Shown: one piece after another, positions 46,108 through 55,366 of the stretch
Layout of the letters: each line of letters starts with the position of its first letter
Position numbering within the stretch: position 1 is the first letter of the stretch
DNA from: Abditibacterium sp.
GTDB lineage: Bacteria > Armatimonadota > Abditibacteriia > Abditibacteriales > Abditibacteriaceae
DNA: 64,000 bases
Direction: 5' to 3'
Assembly: GCA_965246885.1 (NCBI GenBank)
Contig: OZ251992.1
Coordinates: forward strand, 1,120,001-1,184,000
The notes under the pieces: model-generated
Told to the model about the DNA's origin: nothing
Database searches by the model: none
What the model saw: the letters and a program-made list of their open reading frames with translations, nothing else
Program-made: the position numbers and the translations under genes

Positions 46108-46635
46108 ATGCAACTCCTCGCCATTTCCGGTTCGTTGCGGGCCGCGTCGTCCAATTCGGTCTTACTTCGCGCGGCGGCGCGGTTGGCGCCGGAGGGGGTG
46201 GCGTTCGAGTTGGACGAGCGGATGGGGGCGCTGCCGCATTTCAACCCGGAGTTGGTGATTCCCGATGTGGTTGTCGAACTCAAGCGGGCGGTGCGCGAAG
46301 CGGATGGCATCGTGTTTTGCACGCCGGAGTATGTGCACGGGCTGCCGGGGGCGCTGAAGAATCTGCTCGATTGGCTGGTGTCGGACGGGGAGTTGTGGGA
46401 CAAACCGGTCGCCGTCTTGAGCGCGAAGCGGACGGAGTTCGCCGAACCGCAACTGCGCGAGGTGTTGCGGACTTTGATGGCGCGCGTGTGTGAGGAAGCG
46501 AGCGTGACGGTGCCCTTCCCGACGAATAAACTGAGCGTGGAGGACGTGCTGGCGCGGGCGGAACTTTGCGAGCCGCTTCGGGCGGCGATGGCGGCTTTTG
46601 CGGAGTTCGCTCATGCGCAGGAACTCCCATCCTAA
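46108..46635 (+). CDS. NADPH-dependent FMN reductase
   Basis: ISGSLRAASSN, TPEYVHGLPGALKNLLDW, KPV. Confidence 0.92.
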   Translation: MQLLAISGSLRAASSNSVLLRAAARLAPEGVAFELDERMGALPHFNPELVIPDVVVELKRAVREADGIVFCTPEYVHGLPGALKNLLDWLVSDGELWDKPVAVLSAKRTEFAEPQLREVLRTLMARVCEEASVTVPFPTNKLSVEDVLARAELCEPLRAAMAAFAEFAHAQELPS

Positions 46636-46676
46636 AATCGGCGCGACGCTCCCCCGCGCGCGGCGCTCTTTCCCTT

Positions 46677-47588
46677 ATGCCTCGCTTGATTTTGACGGGC
46701 GGCTCCGGTTACTTGGGCCGCGTCTTGCATGCTCACTTCGCGCAACTCGGCTGGGACGTAAGCGTCATCTCGCGCTCCAAGCCCGACTTTCCGGCGCATT
46801 TTGTCGCGTGGGATGGCGAAACGATGGGCGATTGGGCACGGACAATTGATGGCGCGGACGCCGTTATCAACCTCGCGGGCAAAAGCGTCAACTGCCGCTA
46901 TCACGCCGAAAACAAGCGCCTGATTCGGGAGTCGCGCACGAAGACGACGGGTTTGGTCGCGCGGGCGATTGGCGAATCTTCAAGTCCGCCAAGGGTGTGG
47001 CTGAACGCTTCGAGCGCCACCTATTACCGGCACGCGCTCGACCGCGCGATGGACGAACGCGACGGCGACGAGGGACACGGCTTTTCCGTCGATGTGGTTG
47101 GGGCGTGGGAAGAAGCGCTGTTTGCGCCTGCTTTGCCCGACACCCGCCGCGTCGCGTTGCGCTTGGCAATGGCGTTTGGGCCGGGACGCGGTGGGGTGTA
47201 TGACGCGTTCGCGGCGCTTGTGAAGATGGGCTTTGGCGGGCCGATGGCGGGCGGGCGCCAGTTCGTCAGTTGGATTTACACGCACGATTTCGCCCGCGCC
47301 TGCTTGTTTCTCATCGAAAACCCGGCAATAGAAGGCGCGGTCAACGTGTGCTCGCCCCATCCTGAAACCAACGCCCGCTTTTTGTCGGATTTGCGCCGCT
47401 CGCTCAAAATTCCCGTTGCACTCCCGACGGCACGTTGGCAATTGGAACTGGGGGCGCTGGCGCGCGGAACGGAAACCGAACTGCTCCTCAAAAGCCGCCG
47501 CGTCGTTCCCGCGCGGTTGCAGGGCGTCGGTTTCCAATTCGACTTCCCGCGCTGGTCGGACGCCGCGCGCGACATCGCCGCCGCCTGA
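46677..47588 (+). CDS. TIGR01777-family NAD-dependent epimerase/oxidoreductase
   Basis: TGGSGYLG, INLAGKSVNCRY, ESR, GRQFVSWI, SRRVVPARL. Confidence 0.9.
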   Translation: MPRLILTGGSGYLGRVLHAHFAQLGWDVSVISRSKPDFPAHFVAWDGETMGDWARTIDGADAVINLAGKSVNCRYHAENKRLIRESRTKTTGLVARAIGESSSPPRVWLNASSATYYRHALDRAMDERDGDEGHGFSVDVVGAWEEALFAPALPDTRRVALRLAMAFGPGRGGVYDAFAALVKMGFGGPMAGGRQFVSWIYTHDFARACLFLIENPAIEGAVNVCSPHPETNARFLSDLRRSLKIPVALPTARWQLELGALARGTETELLLKSRRVVPARLQGVGFQFDFPRWSDAARDIAAA

Positions 47589-47624
47589 CGCCATTCTTTC
47601 GATGGTGTCTGCCGATCAGCCACA

Positions 47625-47730
47625 GGCATGCGCCAACGATTGACGCGCCTACGCCGAGCATTGACGCGCCTGTGCCAACTGATGGCGCGTGTGCGGCGAT
47701 GGGTGGCGGACGTGGGCGCCTTGGCGCTGC
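47625..47730. repeat. Degenerate 21-bp-period tandem array (about 4-5 units)
   Basis: ATGCGCCAACGATTGACGCGC / CTACGCCGAGCATTGACGCGC / CTGTGCCAACTGATGGCGCGT / GTGCGGCGATGGGTGGCGGAC. Confidence 0.6.
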
Positions 47731-47854
47731 GCCTTGCCGCGTGGCGGGCGGCGCGGTATGATTTCCCGGTCGCGCCTTCGACTCGAACGGCGGTTCCACG
47801 CCTGCCCTCGCCTCGGCCCGCGAATAATCCGCGCGACACGGAGAACTATCTGAA

Positions 47855-48886
47855 GTGGAAAGAAAATTAGCTTCGGTTCAGCGCGTGCTTGCGCTTGAAC
47901 CCATTCCCAACGCCGACGCCATCGAACTGGCCCGCATCAACGGCTGGCAGTGCGTCGTGAAGAAAGGGGAGTTCCAAGTCGGCGACTTGGGCGCCTTTTT
48001 CGAGATTGACTCGATTCCGCCCGATGTGCCCGCGTTCGCCTTTTTGTGGCGGCCCAAAGACGCCGCGCTCGGTGAGTCCGTCGCGCGGCCCGATAAGTTC
48101 CGCCTGCGCACCATGAAACTGCGTGGTGCCCTGTCGCAGGGCTTGCTCCTGCCGCTCGCCCAATTGGGTGTGGCGGGCGCCGAAGGCGACGACCTGACCT
48201 CCGCGCTTGGCGTCGAGAAATACGAGCCGCCCGCTTCGCTCACAATGGGCGGCCTAGCGCGCGGCCCGTTTCCCGGTTGGCTGCCCAAAACTGACGAAAT
48301 GCGCGTGCAAAGCGTGCCCGAAGTTTTGACCGAACTCCATGCTCTGCCCTATGTTTGCACGCTCAAATGCGACGGCACGAGCGCCAGTTACACGCTTGAC
48401 CCGCAGGGCGGCGAGTTTCACGTCTGCTCGCGCAACCTGTCTTTGGTGGACGCGGACAACGTGTATTGGAACCTCGCGCGCGACCTCGACATCGAGCGGG
48501 TTCTGCGCGACAACCCCGGCTTGGCCGTGCAGGGCGAAGTGTGCGGCCCCGGCATCCAAAAGAACCGCTTGGGCCTGAAAGCGCCCGCTTTGATGGTCTT
48601 CAACGTTTACGACATCCCCGGCGCGCGCTATCTGAGCGACGCCGACATGCGCGCCTTTTGCGCCAAGAACGGCCTGCCCGCCGTGCCCGTCATCGAGCGC
48701 GGCGACACCTTTTACCATACGCTCGACACGCTTTTGGTGCTGGCCGAGGGCAAGTATCCCGGCACCCACAACGAGCGCGAAGGCATCGTCATTCGTCCGC
48801 AAAGCGAGATGCACTCGGCGGCACTCGCCGGACGGCTCAGCTTCAAGGCGATCTCCAACCGCTTCTTGCTCAAAGACGGGGAGTAA
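47855..48886 (+). CDS. ATP-dependent RNA ligase, DRB0094/Rnl5-like
   Basis: N-terminal OB (RKLAS...NADAIE...GWQCVVKKGEF, KLRGALSQGL), PKTDE, motif I KCDGTS, QGE.CGPGIQ.N, EGIVIR, FKAISNRFLLK. Confidence 0.9.
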   Translation: MERKLASVQRVLALEPIPNADAIELARINGWQCVVKKGEFQVGDLGAFFEIDSIPPDVPAFAFLWRPKDAALGESVARPDKFRLRTMKLRGALSQGLLLPLAQLGVAGAEGDDLTSALGVEKYEPPASLTMGGLARGPFPGWLPKTDEMRVQSVPEVLTELHALPYVCTLKCDGTSASYTLDPQGGEFHVCSRNLSLVDADNVYWNLARDLDIERVLRDNPGLAVQGEVCGPGIQKNRLGLKAPALMVFNVYDIPGARYLSDADMRAFCAKNGLPAVPVIERGDTFYHTLDTLLVLAEGKYPGTHNEREGIVIRPQSEMHSAALAGRLSFKAISNRFLLKDGE

Positions 48887-48935
48887 AAGCGCCTGCGACG
48901 GCGCAGGGGCGCGTGTATCGCTCACACTGGCAAGC

Positions 48936-49820
48936 ATGACGGCGGAACTCTTCGTTGCGGGAACTCTCAAGTGCGGTGAGGGGCCGATATGGGACGGCGC
49001 GCAGGCGCGTTGGCTATGGAACGACCTCGCTTCCAATTTGGTGTTCGAGCACCACGATGGGCAGACGCGCACCCTGTCGCGCGAGTTGATGGTGGCGGGC
49101 ATTGCGCTTCACCGCGACCCCGCTTGTCTTGTCTTTGCGGGCGCGGACGGGCTACATCTGTGGCGTGAGGGGGCGCCTCTCCGAACGCTGGCCACGCATT
49201 TCGAGGGGGAAGCGCTTCATTTTAACGACATCCTCGCCGCTCCGGACGGTGGGCTGTATGCGGGCACGGTGTATTGGGGCGACGAGATGGAGAAGCCCGG
49301 CAAACTGTTCCATATTGCGCCCGATGGCGCGATGAAGGTGTTGGACGAGGGCATTGCGCACGCCAACGGCCTCGCACTGTCGCCCGATGGGGCGACGCTT
49401 TACTTCGCCGACTCCGCGACGCGCCAGATTTTAGCGTATGATGTGTTGCCCGATGGCGATGTGCGTCGTAAACGGGTGTGGGTGCAAGTGCCGCCCGATG
49501 AGGGGTTGCCCGATGGTCTAACGTGCGACGCCGCCGGGTTCGTGTGGTGCGCGCAGTGGTATGGTGGGCAAGTCGTGCGCTACGACCCGTCGGGCGCCGT
49601 TGCCGCGCGCTTGCCGCTTCCGGCAACGCAGGTGTCGAGCGTGGCACTGGGCGGGGCCGATGGGCGCGACATGCTTCTCACGACGGCGGGTGAGTGTTGG
49701 CAAAGCGCGCTTGCGCCGCCCGCTCACCCTTGGGATGCGCCGTGTGGCGGCGACGTGTATCGCGCGCGTGTCGAGGGGCCGGGGATGGAAGGAGTGGAGG
49801 AGCATCGCTGCGCATTATGA
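48936..49820 (+). CDS. SMP-30/gluconolactonase family sugar lactonase
   Basis: GEGPIWD, FND, NGLALSPDG.TLYFADS, PDGLTCD. Confidence 0.92.
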   Translation: MTAELFVAGTLKCGEGPIWDGAQARWLWNDLASNLVFEHHDGQTRTLSRELMVAGIALHRDPACLVFAGADGLHLWREGAPLRTLATHFEGEALHFNDILAAPDGGLYAGTVYWGDEMEKPGKLFHIAPDGAMKVLDEGIAHANGLALSPDGATLYFADSATRQILAYDVLPDGDVRRKRVWVQVPPDEGLPDGLTCDAAGFVWCAQWYGGQVVRYDPSGAVAARLPLPATQVSSVALGGADGRDMLLTTAGECWQSALAPPAHPWDAPCGGDVYRARVEGPGMEGVEEHRCAL

Positions 49821-50974
49821 TTATTACCCGACTGGAAACCTTCGTTGTGGGAGACGACGCGCGCGTTGACCCCGATAAAGGCGCCATTGAGCCGATGGCG
49901 TGCGTGCGCGTGCATACCGACGAAGGCATCGTGGGCTTATCCGAAGTCTTTCGCGTGCCTCCGGGCGTGGTGACGGCGACGGTAGGGGACGGCGACTCGC
50001 ATTTCGGGCGCGTTTTGCTGGGGCAAGAACTCACCCACCCCGAACGGTTGTGGCAGCGTATGTGGGATTCGTTTATGCACACGAACCGGCGCGGCTGGCA
50101 GGTCATTATTTTGGGCGCCCTTGATGTCGCGCTGTGGGATATCTACGGCCAGTCGCTCGGTCGCCCGGTGTGGCAACTGCTTGGGGGCGCCGAGCGCGGC
50201 TTTTTCCAAACGCACTCGCAAACTCCCGCAAAGGAAGTGGTGCCGTATTGCACCCTCGTGTCCGATTCGTGGGACGACGAAGGCATGATGCGGCAGCAAG
50301 TGGCGCGCGCCGAAACCCTATTAGCAGAGGGCTTTCGCGCTTTCAAAGCCGAGCCGATGATGTCGTGTCCTGCGAACGTGGTCGAACTGGCGCGGCGCAT
50401 GCGCGCGTGCATCGGGCCGGACAAGACGCTCATGGTGGATGTCGGCTACGCTTTTAACGACGTGCCCACCGTCAGTCGGATATGCCGCCAGTTGGAGGAG
50501 TTCGACGTTTTCTTCTTTGAAACGCCGTTTCCCGTTGATAACCCGGCGCCGTATGCGCGTTTGGCGGCGTGCACTTCCATTCCGTTGGCGATGGGCGAGC
50601 ACGGCGTGTCGCGCTGGGAGTTTTTCGACATGGCCGACCGGGGGCACGTTTCCGTGTTGCAGCCTTATATGACGACGTGCGGCGGTTTGACCGAAGCCAA
50701 GCGCATTGTTGAAGGCGCGCGCGAACGGGGGGCGCTGGTGTGCCCCGGCAACTGGAGTTCGCAACTCCTTGGCGCCGCGTCGTTGCACATCGCGGCCTTT
50801 TCGTCGGTCACTCCGTTCATCGAGTTCGCGCCCGCGCAGGTGTTCGAGTCGCCTCTGCGCAAGGCGCTCCAAGACGCGGGCTTTCCCGCGCAAAACGGCG
50901 CCATCGCCTTGCCGGATCGCCCCGGTATTGGCTACGAGTTGCCGCCGGACATCGAGAAGCGCTTCGCGCGCTAA
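49817..50974 (+). CDS. Mandelate racemase/enolase superfamily acid-sugar dehydratase
   Basis: ALDVALWDIYG...PVWQLLGG, LMVD, FFETP, MGE, GGLTEA; ATGA overlap with the lactonase. Confidence 0.88.
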   Translation: MIITRLETFVVGDDARVDPDKGAIEPMACVRVHTDEGIVGLSEVFRVPPGVVTATVGDGDSHFGRVLLGQELTHPERLWQRMWDSFMHTNRRGWQVIILGALDVALWDIYGQSLGRPVWQLLGGAERGFFQTHSQTPAKEVVPYCTLVSDSWDDEGMMRQQVARAETLLAEGFRAFKAEPMMSCPANVVELARRMRACIGPDKTLMVDVGYAFNDVPTVSRICRQLEEFDVFFFETPFPVDNPAPYARLAACTSIPLAMGEHGVSRWEFFDMADRGHVSVLQPYMTTCGGLTEAKRIVEGARERGALVCPGNWSSQLLGAASLHIAAFSSVTPFIEFAPAQVFESPLRKALQDAGFPAQNGAIALPDRPGIGYELPPDIEKRFAR

Positions 50975-51002
50975 GCGCATCGGGTGCGCCAAACTGCCAT
51001 CC

Positions 51003-51770
51003 ATGTTCCGTTTAGATCAAAGGAGCGCGCTCGTGACGGGCGCGGCGTCGGGTATTGGTGAAGCTATCGCCCGCGTTTTCGCGCGCGCCGGAGCCTATGT
51101 TTTGGTTTGCGACCTCGACGAAGAAGGCGGCCACCGCGTTGCTAAATCGCTGCGCGCCGACGGCGGCGCGGGCGAGTTCGTGAGGCTTAACGTGGCCGAC
51201 GCCGGGGAGTGCGAGCGGGTCGCGGCTGAGGTTTTGGCGGCGCGCGGGTGCGTGGATGTGCTGGTCAACAACGCGGGAATCGGCGCGGTGGGAACCATTC
51301 TCGAAGCTGACCCCGACGATCTCCTCCGTTTGTGGAGCGTGAACGTGGATGGAGTATGGAATCTGTCGCGCGCCTTGTTGCCTTCGATGATTGCATCGGG
51401 CGGCGGCGCGATTATCAACATGGCCTCGATTGGCGGGGTCATCGGCATCCGCGACCGCGCGGCGTATTGCACCACCAAGTTCGCCGTCGTCGGGCTGACC
51501 AAAAGCATGGCGCTCGATCATGCGGCGCAAGGCGTGCGCGTCAACTGCATCTGTCCCGGTAGGGTGGAGACCCCTTTCGTTGCCGCGCGCATCGCCGAGT
51601 ATCCCGACCCGCAAGCGGCCTACGCGCAAATGAGCGCGACGCAGGCGCTTGGCCGCATGGCGCGGCCCGAAGAGATCGCCGCCGCCGCGCTTTATCTGGC
51701 GAGCGAGGAGGCGGCCTTCATCACCGGAACGGCGTTCCTCATAGACGGCGGTTGGAGCGCGGGAAAGTAA
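51003..51770 (+). CDS. Short-chain dehydrogenase/reductase
   Basis: TGAASGIG, NNAG, YCTTK, VNCICPG. Confidence 0.93.
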   Translation: MFRLDQRSALVTGAASGIGEAIARVFARAGAYVLVCDLDEEGGHRVAKSLRADGGAGEFVRLNVADAGECERVAAEVLAARGCVDVLVNNAGIGAVGTILEADPDDLLRLWSVNVDGVWNLSRALLPSMIASGGGAIINMASIGGVIGIRDRAAYCTTKFAVVGLTKSMALDHAAQGVRVNCICPGRVETPFVAARIAEYPDPQAAYAQMSATQALGRMARPEEIAAAALYLASEEAAFITGTAFLIDGGWSAGK

Positions 51771-51812
51771 GGGCAACTGGAACCCGTTGCGGCGCGGGCC
51801 GTCCAGAGCTTT

Positions 51813-52016
51813 GCTCTACCCCGTGCGTGGCGTCTGAGACAGTTTTGAGCCTACACCTTACTCTGAGGGAACCTTCCCCGAAGCAGGGACGAATGTAAGA
51901 GGATGCCCTCACGGGCGGCGGACTTGTCCCACCTTTTGCGACGCGAGAGCTTTGGACGGTGCCCACCTGCTTTACGCGGGTTCAACAACTTGACGAGGCA
52001 CGGCGGGGCGGAGAGC
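51813..52016 (+). ncRNA. ssrS: Probable 6S RNA (SsrS)
   Basis: ~200-nt intergenic segment whose ends pair (GCTCT.CCCCG..CGTG / CACG.CGGGG..AGAGC); GGGAACC, GGCGGC and TGCCCACCTG...GCGGGTTCA blocks resemble Firmicutes-type 6S; followed by a terminator; adjacent to rarA. Confidence 0.7.
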
Positions 52017-52027
52017 GACTTATACCC

Positions 52028-52060
52028 AAAGACGAAGCCCCGGCTTCGTCTTTTTTGTTT
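52028..52060 (+). terminator. Intrinsic terminator after the putative 6S RNA
   Basis: AAAGACGAAGCC-CC-GGCTTCGTCTTT followed by TTTGTTT. Confidence 0.85.
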
Positions 52061-52114
52061 GCGCGCCCCTTTCCCCCACCGCGTGCGCAAACCCGCCACA
52101 CTGCTTCTTCGCCG

Positions 52115-53443
52115 ATGAACCTGTTCTCCTCCGAAGACTTGGCGCCGCCCGAACCGACTGCCGCGCCGTCCCCGTCGGGCGCCTTGCCGCTGGCGGCGCG
52201 GATGCGACCGCACTCGCTCGATGAGTTCGCGGGGCAAAAGCATCTCGTCGGGGTGGGAGCGCCGCTTCGCCGCGCGCTGGAGCGCGACCGCTTGCCCTCG
52301 TCCATCTTCTTCGGCCCCGCCGGAACCGGCAAAACCACGCTCGCGCGGCTTTTGGCGCACTTATCTAAAGCGCACTACGAGGAGTTCTCGGCCATCGGGG
52401 GCAGTGTCGCTGATGTGCGCAAGACCGCCGAGGGTGCCCGCTTGCGCGCGCGGGGTGGCGGGAAAACGCTCCTCTTTGTGGACGAGATTCACCGCTTCAA
52501 CCGCGCGCAGCAGGACGCTTTTTTGCCGCACGTCGAGGACGGAACGCTGGTGCTGGTCGGCGCCACGACCGAGAACCCACTCGCCTCGCTGAACGGCCCG
52601 CTTTTGTCGCGCTGTCGGATGTGGAAGTTTGAGCCGTTGGCCGAAGCGGAGATATTGGAACTGCTGGGCCGCGCCCTGTCCGACGAGCGCGGCTTGGGCG
52701 CTTTGGGATTGCGCGCCGAGGAGGACGCCCTCGCGTGGATCGCCCGCGCTTGCCGGGGTGATGCGCGCCTTGCGCTGGGCGCCTTGGAAATGAGCGCGGA
52801 CTTGGCGCAAAACGGCGCGCTGACGCTTGCGGATGTGCGGCGCACGCTGGGCGCGGATGCTTTCTACGACAAGTCGGGCGATGACCACTACGACACCATT
52901 TCGGCGTTCATCAAGTCCATCCGGGGGAGCGACCCCGACGCCGCGCTGTTTTGGATGATGCGCATGTTAGACGGCGGCGAAGACCCCGTCTTCGTCGCGC
53001 GCCGCTTGGTGATTGCCGCCAGCGAGGACATCGGCAACGCCGAACCGCGCGCCCTGCCGCTCGCAGTCGCGGCTTTGCAGGCCGTCGAGAAGATTGGCAT
53101 GCCGGAGTGCGCCATCCCGCTTGCGCAAGCCGCGACCTTTCTGGCAAGCGCCCCGAAGTCCAACGCCGCCTACGTTGGCATGAAGCGCGCGCGCGCCGCG
53201 AGTGAAAACGGCCAAACTGTGCGGGTGCCGCCGCACCTACGCTCGACGGCTTTGGGCGGCTCCAAAGAAAAGATGGGCAACGGCGAGGGGTATCTCAACC
53301 CGCACGAGTTCGGCGGCTTCGTGCCGCAGGACTACCTGCCGCCCGACCCGCACCGCGCGCCGTTTTACGAGGCAACCCAAAGCGGCGAGGAACGCGAGAT
53401 CGCGCGGCGACTCGAAGAGTGGTGGGGAAGTGGGGCGGAGTAG
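52115..53443 (+). CDS. rarA: Replication-associated recombination protein A (MgsA)
   Basis: PLAARMRP, GPAGTGKTT, DEIHRFNRAQQD, GATTENP, SAFIKSIRGSD, SEDIGNA. Confidence 0.96.
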   Translation: MNLFSSEDLAPPEPTAAPSPSGALPLAARMRPHSLDEFAGQKHLVGVGAPLRRALERDRLPSSIFFGPAGTGKTTLARLLAHLSKAHYEEFSAIGGSVADVRKTAEGARLRARGGGKTLLFVDEIHRFNRAQQDAFLPHVEDGTLVLVGATTENPLASLNGPLLSRCRMWKFEPLAEAEILELLGRALSDERGLGALGLRAEEDALAWIARACRGDARLALGALEMSADLAQNGALTLADVRRTLGADAFYDKSGDDHYDTISAFIKSIRGSDPDAALFWMMRMLDGGEDPVFVARRLVIAASEDIGNAEPRALPLAVAALQAVEKIGMPECAIPLAQAATFLASAPKSNAAYVGMKRARAASENGQTVRVPPHLRSTALGGSKEKMGNGEGYLNPHEFGGFVPQDYLPPDPHRAPFYEATQSGEEREIARRLEEWWGSGAE

Positions 53444-53479
53444 GGCAGTGAGCTTATATTTACTATTGGGAAGGGAATT

Positions 53480-53884
53480 ATGGACTTAAAATGGCGAGTG
53501 AAATCATGGGGCGAAGCGACCTTGGTGGAAGTCGAGGGCGAGATAGATTTGCACTCGGCGCCGGGGTTCAAAGAGGCTTTGCTGCATTTGGGCGAGCCGC
53601 TTCCGACGCGCGTCGCGCTGGATATGAGCGGCGTGTCTTTCCTCGATTCGACGGGCATTGGCGCCTTGGTCGGAGTGCTGAAGAAAACGCGCGAGCGGGG
53701 TGGACAGATCGCCTTCTTTGGCGCCCAGCCGCGCGTGAAACGGGTGTTTGAAATCGCGGGCTTGTGGAAGGCGCTGCCGTTTCACGGGTCACGCGATGGC
53801 GCGCTGGCGGCCCTGCTTCCCGACGCCCCGTCCATTCCCTCGGACGCGGAGCGGTTGCCCCAAGGAGACGCCGATGGAAACTAA
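53480..53884 (+). CDS. STAS-domain anti-sigma factor antagonist (RsbV/SpoIIAA-like)
   Basis: GEIDLHSAP, VSFLDSTGIGALV (phospho-Ser), VKRVFEIAGL. Confidence 0.92.
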   Translation: MDLKWRVKSWGEATLVEVEGEIDLHSAPGFKEALLHLGEPLPTRVALDMSGVSFLDSTGIGALVGVLKKTRERGGQIAFFGAQPRVKRVFEIAGLWKALPFHGSRDGALAALLPDAPSIPSDAERLPQGDADGN

Positions 53885-54362
53885 TCATCTGCCGCAACCC
53901 ACCCCGCCGCGCACAGCGCGTATCGAGCTTTCGATTCCGGCGCAGTCGCAGTGGGTGCGCGTGGCGCGTCTCACCGTCGCGGGCGTCGCGGCGCGGCAGG
54001 GATTTTCGGTCGAGGCGGTCGAAGACCTGAAGGTGGCCGTGTCGGAAGCGATTAACAACGCCATTCAGCACGGCTCGGCGCTGGATGAAAACGGTGAGGC
54101 GGCGAATGTGTGCATCGCGTTGGAGCCGCGCGCCGAGGGGTTGTGGATCGTTGTGACCGACGGCGGGCGCTTGCAGCAGCAGTTGTCGCTTGACAAGCCG
54201 GTGCCCGACGCGCCTTCCGACGCGGACTTGCCCGAAGGCGGCATGGGCTTGTTGCTGATCCGCTCCTTAATGGATCGGGTGGAACTTGCGGGCGGTGCCG
54301 ACGAGGACACGAGTTTGAAGATGTGGAAGGCGCTACCCAAGCGCGTCGGTGTGCGCTCCTAA
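53874..54362 (+). CDS. Anti-sigma factor Ser/Thr kinase (RsbW-like)
   Basis: VARLTVAGVA, EDLKVAVSEAINNAIQHG, EGGMGLLLIRSLMD. Confidence 0.92.
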   Translation: METNHLPQPTPPRTARIELSIPAQSQWVRVARLTVAGVAARQGFSVEAVEDLKVAVSEAINNAIQHGSALDENGEAANVCIALEPRAEGLWIVVTDGGRLQQQLSLDKPVPDAPSDADLPEGGMGLLLIRSLMDRVELAGGADEDTSLKMWKALPKRVGVRS

Positions 54363-54370
54363 AGCACTCC

Positions 54371-55306
54371 ATGAACGATTCGTTCGATTCATTCCCTCCT
54401 TCGCCCCCGCGCGAAGCAGACGGCGGCGACGCTCCGGCACCCGTGCGCATGACGCCGCGCGTCCATCCCCTGCCGCCACCCATTGAGGGCGAGACGCTGG
54501 TCATCGCCGAGTCGTCCGTGTGGAACGAAACCGAGCGGGCGATCTGGGAATCGCCCAACATGGGCCGCTACGACAACGAGGAGTTCGACCGCCTGTTCGC
54601 GCTGTGGAAGCAGAACTCCGACCCGCGTTTGCGCGAGCGGCTAATTTTGATGCACCGCAACCTCGTCACCTTTTTGGCGCGGCGCTTCGCCGAGCGGGGC
54701 GAACTGTTCGAGGACGTGATGCAAGTCGGGATGCTCGGACTTATCGGCGCCATTGACTCCTTCGACCCTGAGCGCGGCGTCAAATTCTCGACCTTCGCCA
54801 TCCCCACCATCGCGGGCGAAATCCGCCGCTTCTTCCGCGACAAAGTGTCGGGGATGCGCGTCCCGCGCCGCTTGCAAGAACTCTACACCTCCTTGCAAAC
54901 CCACATCGAGGAACTCACCCAAAACTTAGACCGCTCGCCCACCTACTCCGAAATCGCCGCCAGCTTGCACCTCGAAGTCGAGGAAGTCGTCGAGGCCCTC
55001 GAACTGGGCGCGGTTCTTGACCCCAACTCGCTTGATGACGCCGTGTTTGATGACGAGGAAGGCACCACCGTCGCCGACCGCATCGGCGCGCCCGACCCGC
55101 ACTTCGTCGCAATGGAGGAGCACTCCACCTTGCAAGCGGCGCTCGAACGCTTGGAGGAGAAGAAGCGGCGCGTGTTGGAATTGACTTACTTCGATGGCCA
55201 TTCGCAAGCCGATGTCGCCCGCCGCATGAACGTCTCGCAAATGCACGTCTCGCGCCTTGTCCGCCGCGCGCTCGCCGATTTGCGCGCGCTGTTGGACGAA
55301 GTGTGA
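54371..55306 (+). CDS. SigB/SigF/SigG-family RNA polymerase sigma factor
   Basis: GLIGAIDSFDPERGVKFSTFAIPTIAGEIRRFFRD, RVPRRL, SQMHVSRL. Confidence 0.95.
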   Translation: MNDSFDSFPPSPPREADGGDAPAPVRMTPRVHPLPPPIEGETLVIAESSVWNETERAIWESPNMGRYDNEEFDRLFALWKQNSDPRLRERLILMHRNLVTFLARRFAERGELFEDVMQVGMLGLIGAIDSFDPERGVKFSTFAIPTIAGEIRRFFRDKVSGMRVPRRLQELYTSLQTHIEELTQNLDRSPTYSEIAASLHLEVEEVVEALELGAVLDPNSLDDAVFDDEEGTTVADRIGAPDPHFVAMEEHSTLQAALERLEEKKRRVLELTYFDGHSQADVARRMNVSQMHVSRLVRRALADLRALLDEV

Positions 55307-55366
55307 GCCAAAACGCGGGACAAGCGGGCGCGCTATATTTTGAGGGCGAGTTTCCGCGTTTCCCTC

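Noticed and set aside
51959..52114. N-terminal extension of rarA in the ORF track
   Set aside because: Overlaps the putative 6S RNA and its terminator; ATG 52115 fits the family start
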